Of a stretch of DNA of 63,666 nt, positions 56,358 through 63,666 are shown one piece after another. Location of the stretch: positions 1 through 63,666 of the forward strand of contig JAFGLT010000072.1 of NCBI GenBank assembly GCA_016927895.1. The letters are read 5' to 3'. The notes beneath the pieces were generated by a model. It was not told the origin of the DNA. It did no database searches and was given only the letters and a program-made list of their open reading frames with translations. A program made the translations under genes and the position numbers. Each line of letters opens with the position of its first letter. The first letter of the stretch is position 1. Source of the DNA: Candidatus Bathyarchaeota archaeon. Its GTDB lineage: Archaea; Thermoproteota; Bathyarchaeia; Bathyarchaeales; Bathycorpusculaceae.

Positions 56358-56900
56358 GTGTCGGAGGAGAAAACAAACTTGAAAATTCAAAGTAAAGATA
56401 CAACGCTAATTGGATTATATGCCGCGCTCTACGCGGCGCTAGTTGTTGTTCTCGGAGGATTTTCTTATGGGCCTATTCAGGTCCGTATTGCAGACTCATT
56501 GCTCGCTGTTGTTCCCTTACTCGGTTTACCTGGAGTTCTAGGTCACACGCTTGGAGTGTTCATTGCTAACATGTTCTCAACAGTTGGCTTAATTGACCTA
56601 CTTAATACGATACCGTCATTTGCTATGTCCTTTGTAGTCTACTATGTCTACAAACGAACTCAGAATGACTATACTGTAATCGGAACCTGCGTCGCTTACT
56701 CGGTTGTCCTAGGCGTAACTGTCGGATGGATGCTATCTTACGTGTACTCTTTACCCCTGTTGCTCACTATGGCTTACGTAGCCGTCGGAAATACTATTGC
56801 AAGTGTGCTCATCGGCTGGCCACTGTTTAAGGTACTAAAGAAAACTGGCGTTTTCCAAAAGTGGCGTACAAGCAATAAAAATCAGGAAGCTAAGGTATAG
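56358..56900 (+). CDS. queT: QueT-family queuosine/archaeosine precursor transporter
   Basis: Five- to six-TM small protein with TLIGLYAALYAALVVVLG...IQVRIADSL. It is adjacent to queC. An alternative start is TTG 56379, 9 nt after GGAGGAG. Confidence 0.7.
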   Translation: MSEEKTNLKIQSKDTTLIGLYAALYAALVVVLGGFSYGPIQVRIADSLLAVVPLLGLPGVLGHTLGVFIANMFSTVGLIDLLNTIPSFAMSFVVYYVYKRTQNDYTVIGTCVAYSVVLGVTVGWMLSYVYSLPLLLTMAYVAVGNTIASVLIGWPLFKVLKKTGVFQKWRTSNKNQEAKV

Positions 56901-56904
56901 ATAT

Positions 56905-57561
56905 ATGAAGCAAACAACAAAGTGTGTGGTCGTGCTTAGCGGAGGACCCGATTCAACAGTTGTCGCTTACTGGGCAAAAAGTCAAGGATACGACGTAAGC
57001 TGTATATCCTTCAAGTACGGACAAATCGCGGATAAGGAAACTAAACATGCAAAGCTCATAGCAAAGAGCATAGGTGCGCCAATTAAAGTCATTGATATGA
57101 ACAATCTGAAAGAGCTCTTCATGGGTGTCACATCGCTCTGCGACCCCAGCATTGCCTTAACCTCAACGTTCAGCCAGCCCATTATTGTGCCTTTCCGAAA
57201 CGCCATATTCCTCTCTGTTGCAGTATCCTACGCCGCAAGCATCTGCGCGAATAAGATTTTCTACGGTGCACACGGCTCCGACGCCGCATTCTACCCTGAC
57301 TGCCGAGAAGAATTCTACAAGTCAATGGAGCAAACGGCTAAGCTGGGAACTGAGATGAACATCGAAATCAAGGCACCGTTCAGTGGCATCCCCAAATCAG
57401 AACTATTGAAGATAGGTGCATCCCTTGGCGTTCCGTTCCATCTAACTTGGTCCTGCTACTTGGATGGAGCAAAGCACTGCGGAAAATGCGAGTCATGTGT
57501 AAACCGCAAGAAAGCCTTCAAGGAAGCAGGTGTTGCTGACCCAACGGAGTACGTTGAGTGA
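56905..57561 (+). CDS. queC: 7-cyano-7-deazaguanine (preQ0) synthase QueC
   Basis: The PP-loop VVLSGGPDST and the C-terminal zinc cluster CGKCESCVNRKKAF are present. Confidence 0.9.
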   Translation: MKQTTKCVVVLSGGPDSTVVAYWAKSQGYDVSCISFKYGQIADKETKHAKLIAKSIGAPIKVIDMNNLKELFMGVTSLCDPSIALTSTFSQPIIVPFRNAIFLSVAVSYAASICANKIFYGAHGSDAAFYPDCREEFYKSMEQTAKLGTEMNIEIKAPFSGIPKSELLKIGASLGVPFHLTWSCYLDGAKHCGKCESCVNRKKAFKEAGVADPTEYVE

Positions 57562-57567
57562 ACATAG

Positions 57568-60276
57568 CTACGCCAAAAACCTTTCCAGTTTGGTTAAGCC
57601 GATGATTTCGTCGAAGCTTAAGCCTAAAGCGTCTAAAACCTGCTCGAAAGTGGACTGCAAATAAGCAATGTACTTGTCAACATCCACCTCGTTTTTTGTT
57701 GCCAACTCAACAGGCTTCACGTGCGGTTCCCTGATGGTTTTGACGAAGCTGATTAAGTCGCCTGCTCTTATCTCAACTCCGCTTTCTTGCAGAATCCTGC
57801 CGGCTTTGACGTGCTGCGGCGTGGTTTTCGTGTAACGGTGAAGGTCGTCGCCCAAGACTACGTGGAACGCAAGCTCGCTTATGTTTTCCCATTCTCTTCG
57901 TTTCAGCCGCAGGTAACGGTTACGGACTATGTTGGCGATGTCTTTCTTCGCCTTCTCGAATTCCGCGGGGTTTTTAACTTGTGCAAGGCGCTCCTTCATC
58001 TTGTTAAAGGCGTCTTTGATGAATATGGGAATATGTTTTTTCTTGCCCGTTAACCCTTTAACGTCAACTGTCCCATCTTCTAGAACGCCGAGGTAATTCT
58101 TTTTGCGGCTGCTGAAAACAGCATACCTGTAGATTTTCTCCACGTCTATACCCATTTTCAGTTCATGCTCAGTCCAACGGCTTATCTCTGCGATTTGTTC
58201 TTTGGAAGGGTTCTTGAGGAAGAGGCTGTCCGTATCACCGTAAAGAACTTGGATGCCCATCCCCTCAGTGTGGTCACGTATCTGTGTTATGGAATGCCTG
58301 CCGATGGCGGCTGTAGCTTCAGCCACTGGCGGACAATACAGGTCAAAGCTGGAGGCGCCGAACACGCCGTAACTGGCGTTCAAAATAACTTTCAACGCGC
58401 CCTGAGCAACGTTGTACCAGCTTCGCAGCTCTTCAGGCAAGCTTCTGTCCTTGGCTTTCAGCTTGTACCATCGCACTCGCAGGTCTCTCAATGAACCAAT
58501 TAGAAGACTTTCGAGAGCACGTTTTTTGATGCAAACCCAGTTTGGCGTGTCAGGAACTATGTTTGTTCGGCATTCTGGGTGCGGGCAGAGTATGGATTGG
58601 TAGCCGAGGTTCCACACTTTTATTATTGACGGGTACAGGCTTGGAAAGTCCATTACCGCCACGTTGAAGTGGACTCCGGGAACGGGTTCGACGACTATGG
58701 CGCCTTTGTATTTTTTGCCTTTTATTATGGCTGTTGTGGCGGTTTTGCCTTTTTTAGCTAATATGTCCTCAGAGTTTGGAATCAGTATGTTTCTTTTTCT
58801 ATGCTCGCGGTGCATGAAGTTTCGTATCCACCGTGATACGCCTTGGCGGCTCACGTCCTCCATGGGCATGCTGCTGATTCGCGACAAAACCAAAATCAGT
58901 TTCATGGCTAACTCGTCTTCGTAGCTGGTGAGCTTGTAGGTTATTTCTGAGTCTCTGAGGCAGTACCTTGCAAGTTCAGTGTAGTTGAGTTCCCCGAAGG
59001 TTTTTTCCAGTTGGATCTTTTCTACTCCGATTATGCCGCTGCCGACTTCGGCGAGTGTTATGTCGCGATAACGGTTTTTGAAGGCGTAAATCTTGATTGC
59101 CCTGTTGAAGAAAAACCTGTACAAGTCAATGTGTATACCGTATTTCAGCAGGCAAACCCGCTTGCCGACGTCGATTGGGATTTCGTTTTTTCTTATGCCA
59201 AGGTTCAGGGCTCGGTGGCTCAGGTAGCGCAGGTCAAAGTCGTCGCCGTTATACGTCAATATGAACGGGTAATCCCTCAACACTTCAAATACTGCCCTGA
59301 GCAGGTCTGCTTCATTTTCAAAGTACTCCAGCTTCACGTCCGCAGGCAAGCGCTCGTTTCCTTCCCGGACGCCTTCCCGTTTCAGAATAAGCACGCGTTT
59401 CTGGTTGTCCGAGCTGTACACGGATACACAGATAACAGGGTACTCGGCTCTGTGAGGGTCTGGCACTCTCGTAGATACGGGCGAGTAAACCTCTATGTCT
59501 ATAGCTGCTCTCCGAAACTTAGGCGCAGGATACTCCAACAGCCTTACCCAATCCTCGACAAACTGAAGCTCCTCAACCGTTTCATCCTTGAAAACACCTT
59601 TCAGCTGCTCAATAGTTTTCTCGGTTTCTTCCAGAGTTACAGGAACAAGATCTCCGTTTTTCACTTCGTAAATCATTCCCGGCGAAAGTTGCCTATCAAA
59701 AATGTAAGATTGATAATACTTGATTCTTGCTTCCCAGACTTTAATGTCTTCAGGCTGGACTGGCGTGTCTGAAACTTCTGGGAAGTCTTCGGGGATGATG
59801 TCTCTTATGCAGCCTTGTGGGCGACCGCCGATGGCTAACGGGTCATTGGCGATGATTTTTGTCACTTTCACTGTCCTGTCAAGCAGGGCGTCAAACCGTT
59901 CTTCTATCTCGAAATGGTCAAAGCTTTCATGCTTCATTAAACGGTCAATTTTTTTAAGTTCATACGGACGAAGATTCGTGAGGCAGTAGGGCTTGTGTCC
60001 TGTATTGTCAGACCAAAAGTAGATTTGCTCGCTTTCCGGCTCGTACAGTTTGAGCACCGCTTTTCTCGAGCGCCCATCATAGGTTGCGGAAACAAAGTAT
60101 GAAGGCGGCAGGTTTTCAGGTGCCACTGGCGGAAAATCGGGGCGTTTCTTTCTTTTCTCTTTCTTCTCGGTCTCAGGGACGGCTTCAATTTTGTGGGGAG
60201 CTCCCTCTTTCGGCTCCTCTGTTTTCGAGGGCTTTTTCTGCACTGGTGAATATTCAAGTAAACTTCTTTGTGCCAT
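57568..60276 (-). CDS. polB: Family B DNA polymerase
   Basis: Exo I DIEV, the polymerase motif YGDTDS and KKKY are present. There is a ~60-aa K/E/P-rich N-terminal extension. Confidence 0.95.
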   Translation of the reverse strand: MAQRSLLEYSPVQKKPSKTEEPKEGAPHKIEAVPETEKKEKRKKRPDFPPVAPENLPPSYFVSATYDGRSRKAVLKLYEPESEQIYFWSDNTGHKPYCLTNLRPYELKKIDRLMKHESFDHFEIEERFDALLDRTVKVTKIIANDPLAIGGRPQGCIRDIIPEDFPEVSDTPVQPEDIKVWEARIKYYQSYIFDRQLSPGMIYEVKNGDLVPVTLEETEKTIEQLKGVFKDETVEELQFVEDWVRLLEYPAPKFRRAAIDIEVYSPVSTRVPDPHRAEYPVICVSVYSSDNQKRVLILKREGVREGNERLPADVKLEYFENEADLLRAVFEVLRDYPFILTYNGDDFDLRYLSHRALNLGIRKNEIPIDVGKRVCLLKYGIHIDLYRFFFNRAIKIYAFKNRYRDITLAEVGSGIIGVEKIQLEKTFGELNYTELARYCLRDSEITYKLTSYEDELAMKLILVLSRISSMPMEDVSRQGVSRWIRNFMHREHRKRNILIPNSEDILAKKGKTATTAIIKGKKYKGAIVVEPVPGVHFNVAVMDFPSLYPSIIKVWNLGYQSILCPHPECRTNIVPDTPNWVCIKKRALESLLIGSLRDLRVRWYKLKAKDRSLPEELRSWYNVAQGALKVILNASYGVFGASSFDLYCPPVAEATAAIGRHSITQIRDHTEGMGIQVLYGDTDSLFLKNPSKEQIAEISRWTEHELKMGIDVEKIYRYAVFSSRKKNYLGVLEDGTVDVKGLTGKKKHIPIFIKDAFNKMKERLAQVKNPAEFEKAKKDIANIVRNRYLRLKRREWENISELAFHVVLGDDLHRYTKTTPQHVKAGRILQESGVEIRAGDLISFVKTIREPHVKPVELATKNEVDVDKYIAYLQSTFEQVLDALGLSFDEIIGLTKLERFLA

Positions 60277-60387
60277 TCCGCCTCTCGCCCCTTGGCTACT
60301 TCTATAGATACCCCGCAGACTAAAATGTTTACTGAAAATTCAGGTAAACCATCCCTCGGTGGGTGCTGATGCGCTTGCGTGGGTAGG

Positions 60388-60445
60388 CCCCCTCTATAGT
60401 TTTTGCATTGAGCCACTATTAGGATCATAGTAGGCGTCAAATATG
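60388..60445 (-). repeat. Dispersed intergenic element, copy D
   Basis: The reverse complement reads CATATTTGACGCCTACTATGATCCTAATAGTGGCTCAATGCAAAAACTATAGAGGGGG. It lies between tRNA-Lys and polB. Confidence 0.7.
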
Positions 60446-60491
60446 ATGGTTGGTTTCGTGGAATGTCAGAAGGGGATTTAGGTCTGAAGTA

Positions 60492-60568
60492 TGGCGGGCC
60501 CGGCGGGAATTGAACCCGTGACCGACGGATTAAGAGTCCGCTGCTCTGCCTTGCTGAGCTACGGGCCC
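60492..60568 (-). tRNA. tRNA-Lys (anticodon CUU), CCA encoded
   Basis: The reverse complement is GGGCCCGTAGCTCAGCAAGGCAGAGCAGCGGACTCTTAATCCGTCGGTCACGGGTTCAATTCCCGCCGGGCCCGCCA. It folds as a cloverleaf with a 7-bp acceptor stem, the anticodon loop CTCTTAA and the T-loop TTCAATT. There is one A:C mismatch at the base of the T stem, and no intron. Confidence 0.9.
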
Positions 60569-60727
60569 ACCTGTTTCAAAAAAGAAAATCGGTTAATGCA
60601 TATAGGGCTTACGGTTTTGAATTCTGAAGACTCTGATTACTCGGCTTATTTTAGTATACCTGTTTTGTCGCTAGCTATACCATCAACGCCTTTGTTCTGG
60701 GATTCTGTGGTTTCTCGGTTGTCATTT

Positions 60728-62275
60728 TTATTTTTTCACGATTTCAGCGTTTTCTGCGTTGATGCCGTGCCAGATTATGTTGTAGCCTAGGGCTTGGATG
60801 GCGGAGGTGAGGTCTACCTGTTCTGTTTGGGCTATTTTTGTGGCTTCGGTTAGGGAGAGTTTTCCGTTTTTAACTATTTGTTGGTCCAGTTTTTTCCTGA
60901 GTTGTTCAAGCTTGTCTTTTCTGATTAAACTGTCTGGTAGCATTGTGTAGTTGCTTGGGGTTTTTTCGGTTAGGGCAGATCTTACGGCTTCGGTGGATAC
61001 GCCGGTTCTGTTGGCGAATTCTTCGAATTTGATCACTGGCTCAGTGAATGTTACGTTGAGGTTTTTCAGGAACTCTGTTTGTTGGGCGCGGACTTCTTTG
61101 TAGGAGTCTTGCAGGTACCTAAGCACGGGAGGTAACGGAATTTTGTTTCGGTAGTAGATTATGTTCAGGCTCTGCTGTTTTTCAAGTTTCGTCAATCTTT
61201 CACATGCTAAGCTTTCGTCAACAGCTACCAGCATGCGTTCCTCTGTTTTCTTCAACTTTTCTATTTTCCTCGTGAGGTACTCGGTAGTCCAGAAGCCGAC
61301 GACTTCCATGTACAGTTTCGCGCCTTCACGTTCAAACGAGAAGTCAGGTATAAGCACATGTTTGCCTGCTATAACCGGTTCCGGTTCCCGCTTCAACTGC
61401 CAGCCAGACCCTAACGCTCTGAAACGATCAGCAAAGTTTTCCTCCACGACGCTGTCGTAGGCTTCGACAGCTTGTGTGGTTCCGAACACTGGCGCGTGTT
61501 TCCAGCTTTCAAGTTTGAAAGTGTAGATTTCGTTTGTAAACTTCCACAGGATTTTGGCTTCAACCGTCCACTTGGGACTGGAGATTATGGTGGGAAGCAG
61601 CTTGGCTATGGCGGTGCCGTAGCGTCTGGTGAGCTTGAAAAGACTCGCGGGACCGTCGATTTTAACCCAGACTTCGTTGTCCTTGTACGCGTCGTAAATC
61701 AGCCCCAGCCTTTTGGTTTTGAAAAAGATTTTTTGCCAGTTGCCTGAAACAGTAAATCGGAGTTCCGTGGAGTCAAAAACAAGGGTTTGAGCTAAGCTTA
61801 GATTGTATTTTTCAAGCAGTTCCTGCGCGGATACCGGTTTGAACTCCTGCAGGATTAACTCGCTTTCCAAATCCGCGTACATCGCTTCTTCAAGCTCTTC
61901 GCAGGACATTTCCAATTGGGCAGCTACGTTTTCAATTATGCTCTTGCGTTGCGCCATGCTCGTCGCTGGCCCAGTTTTTCCTGTTGCTTCGAAGATTTTT
62001 CGTCTTAAGACGGCAGGGTCAGCTTGGCTGGTGCATTTGAAAACGCTTCTTCTGTCAAGAAGAAGTGATAAGCCTCTTACGAAGTGATAGTCGTAGCCTT
62101 CGTCTTCAAGGCTGTTCGCCACTTTTTTCAGGGTGCTTTTCTTTTCGCCTACGCCGTGCTTGTAAGCTTCTATGAGCTTGTTTGCGACTTGCAGGTTTTC
62201 CGCGGATGGCTTGGCGTATCGCGGCTGAATGGTGCCCTTTCTTCTCCACACGGTGAGCAGGTTACTTGGAAGCAA
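60728..62275 (-). CDS. bax1: Bax1 (DUF790) nuclease, XPB partner
   Basis: The N-terminus LLTVWRRKGTIQPRY and the ~500-aa length fit. It lies immediately downstream of xpb and overlaps it by 14 nt, which is the canonical archaeal XPB-Bax1 arrangement. Confidence 0.75.
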   Translation of the reverse strand: MLPSNLLTVWRRKGTIQPRYAKPSAENLQVANKLIEAYKHGVGEKKSTLKKVANSLEDEGYDYHFVRGLSLLLDRRSVFKCTSQADPAVLRRKIFEATGKTGPATSMAQRKSIIENVAAQLEMSCEELEEAMYADLESELILQEFKPVSAQELLEKYNLSLAQTLVFDSTELRFTVSGNWQKIFFKTKRLGLIYDAYKDNEVWVKIDGPASLFKLTRRYGTAIAKLLPTIISSPKWTVEAKILWKFTNEIYTFKLESWKHAPVFGTTQAVEAYDSVVEENFADRFRALGSGWQLKREPEPVIAGKHVLIPDFSFEREGAKLYMEVVGFWTTEYLTRKIEKLKKTEERMLVAVDESLACERLTKLEKQQSLNIIYYRNKIPLPPVLRYLQDSYKEVRAQQTEFLKNLNVTFTEPVIKFEEFANRTGVSTEAVRSALTEKTPSNYTMLPDSLIRKDKLEQLRKKLDQQIVKNGKLSLTEATKIAQTEQVDLTSAIQALGYNIIWHGINAENAEIVKK

Positions 62276-63626
62276 CGGCGTTTTTCTCCTCCGTTTTTTG
62301 TGTGCGTCTGCGGCTCATTCTAACCTCCAATGTTTCTTTGGAGACTATTTCTACAAGGCGGGCTTTTTTGCCCTCCACTTTCCTGAGAAGCCTGCCGAGC
62401 CTCTGAATGTACGCTCTGGTGCTTCCCGTTCCGCTCAGTATGTACCCGATTGTAGCGTCTGGCACGTCTATGCCTTCGTCGAGAACCTGGCTGGTTACGA
62501 TGGTGTTATAATTTCCTTTTCGAAAGTTCTCCAAGATTTCTCGGCGTTCTTTCTTCGGCGTCAGGTAGGTGATGGCGGGTATGAGGAAACGGCGGCTTAT
62601 AGCGTACACGAGGTCAGTGTGCAACGTGAAGATGAGCGCTTTTTCCTTCTTGTTCGCCTCAAGCAGTTTGCCTACGACTTTGATTTTTTCTTGACTGTTG
62701 AGCGCTGCCTTCAGGGCGCGATTTCGGGCAAGAAGCGCGTCTCGTGCCCTTGGGTCTCTGCCAGTGCGCATTATGAACCTTTGGAAGTCTCTGGGGCTTT
62801 TCATCACGATGCGGTTTTCTCTGAGGTAGCTTCTGAAGGTGCCCATCTCTTTGTCGTAGAGTTTCTGCTCTTCGGGGGCGAGTTCCACGTACATTTTCTC
62901 GTAAGTGTATGGGGCAAGATGTTTGCCTGCTAGCTCGTCAACCTCAACGTTGAAAACTATGTTTCCTACGAGTCTGGGAAGAAGCTGATGTCTCTCGTCA
63001 ACTCTTTCGTAGGTCGCGGTTAACCCCATACGATAGGGCGCCGTGTACATCTCGGCGATTTGCATGTAACTCGGTGAGGCAAGATGATGAACCTCGTCGA
63101 AAACGATGAACCTAAACCTGTTACCCAAGAACGATGCCTGTAAGTATGCGGAATCATAGGTTGCCACCGTAATCATCCGCACGTTGTTTATCCCTCCGCC
63201 GACCGCTCCAGATTCAACGCCAAGACACTCCCTGATTCGGCTTTGCCACTGGTCAATAAGGTCAAGCGTCGGAACCACAATCAACGTCTGTGTTCTCAAC
63301 ACTTCAACCGCTTTCAATGCTATGTAAGTCTTGCCCGCCGCGGTAGGTAACACCAAGACACCTCTGTTCTCATTTCGCCGCCACCTACCCAAGGCCGACT
63401 CCTGATAAGAGCGCAACTGAACAGTGCTCTTCAAAGTTTCAAGAGGCGGCAACTGCTGAACCGCATCTTCGAAGGAAATTTGGCTCTCCTCGAAATAAGC
63501 TAAAACGTCACGGTAATGAAGCGCCTTAATCCTGAAGCAGCCTACCCGAGGATCCCACTTCCCATACGGAGTACCTACCTCCCCTTTCAACAGAAGAGTG
63601 CCCTTGTCAAACCACAGGCGAACCAT
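62262..63626 (-). CDS. xpb: XPB/Rad25-type SF2 DNA helicase
   Basis: It has an N-terminal damage-recognition-like domain. Helicase motifs are LRSYQ, Walker A PTAAGKT and DEVHHL, and the RED-like region precedes the thumb. Confidence 0.9.
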   Translation of the reverse strand: MVRLWFDKGTLLLKGEVGTPYGKWDPRVGCFRIKALHYRDVLAYFEESQISFEDAVQQLPPLETLKSTVQLRSYQESALGRWRRNENRGVLVLPTAAGKTYIALKAVEVLRTQTLIVVPTLDLIDQWQSRIRECLGVESGAVGGGINNVRMITVATYDSAYLQASFLGNRFRFIVFDEVHHLASPSYMQIAEMYTAPYRMGLTATYERVDERHQLLPRLVGNIVFNVEVDELAGKHLAPYTYEKMYVELAPEEQKLYDKEMGTFRSYLRENRIVMKSPRDFQRFIMRTGRDPRARDALLARNRALKAALNSQEKIKVVGKLLEANKKEKALIFTLHTDLVYAISRRFLIPAITYLTPKKERREILENFRKGNYNTIVTSQVLDEGIDVPDATIGYILSGTGSTRAYIQRLGRLLRKVEGKKARLVEIVSKETLEVRMSRRRTQKTEEKNAVASK

Positions 63627-63666
63627 AAAGAAAAATAGACAAACACTTCTTAATGCTTTTTCTTCA

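Noticed and set aside
56312-56370. Calling the queT leader a known preQ1 riboswitch class
   Set aside because: I could not match the hairpin or tail to the preQ1-I (short stem plus A-rich tail), -II or -III consensus by eye. I report it only as an unclassified structured leader.
59011-59772. 253-aa ORF on the plus strand
   Set aside because: It is antisense to the well-supported polB gene, has no recognisable motifs and no SD.
62229-62933. 234-aa ORF on the plus strand
   Set aside because: It is antisense to xpb and the bax1 5' end, and is a shadow ORF.
1-63666. CRISPR arrays, IS elements, integrases, prophage or rRNA genes
   Set aside because: My read-through found none. There are no regularly spaced direct repeats, no transposase- or integrase-like translations in the ORF track and no rRNA-like conserved segments.

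Overview
This is an archaeal chromosomal segment. The evidence is TFE, aMBF1, NAC, Cdc48, family-B DNA polymerase, XPB-Bax1, AglB, archaeal-type ThrRS/ProRS/Pth2 and eukaryote-type r-proteins S4e, L19e, L32e and L38e. eL38, AOR and hypCDEF suggest an anaerobic TACK/Bathyarchaeia-like lineage, but that placement is inference only. The window is gene-dense and mostly housekeeping. It holds a translation/transcription factor cluster (1-4 kb), aminoacyl-tRNA synthetases, two aminotransferases plus a tungsten AOR, cdc48, lipid reductase, Pth2, TruD and eno-rps2. It also holds a [NiFe]-hydrogenase maturation set (hypF-C-D and hypE) and a ribosomal-protein operon running only from L22 to L30 (32.9-41.5 kb). 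After that come a small accessory stretch of secreted or anchored proteins with an ATP-cone/nuclease fusion (41.6-47.8 kb), topoisomerase IA, two cation antiporters, aglB plus a GT4 phosphotransferase, queT-queC, polB, tRNA-Lys(CUU) and xpb-bax1. I found no CRISPR array, transposase, integrase or rRNA. The most unusual signals are at the sequence level. (1) A ~57-nt non-coding element occurs in four well-conserved dispersed copies (14.2, 24.3, 43.4 and 60.4 kb), with weaker relatives and a second shared upstream motif. (2) Two genes (hflX and a CxxC-x17-CxxC zinc-ribbon gene) have conserved N-terminal coding sequence upstream of any ATG/GTG/TTG. In both, an in-frame ACG follows a strong Shine-Dalgarno. 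(3) Several ribosomal proteins carry long charged low-complexity tails. (4) An ATP-cone is fused to a PD-(D/E)xK nuclease. All functional calls rest on my recognition of motifs in the supplied translations; I ran no database search.
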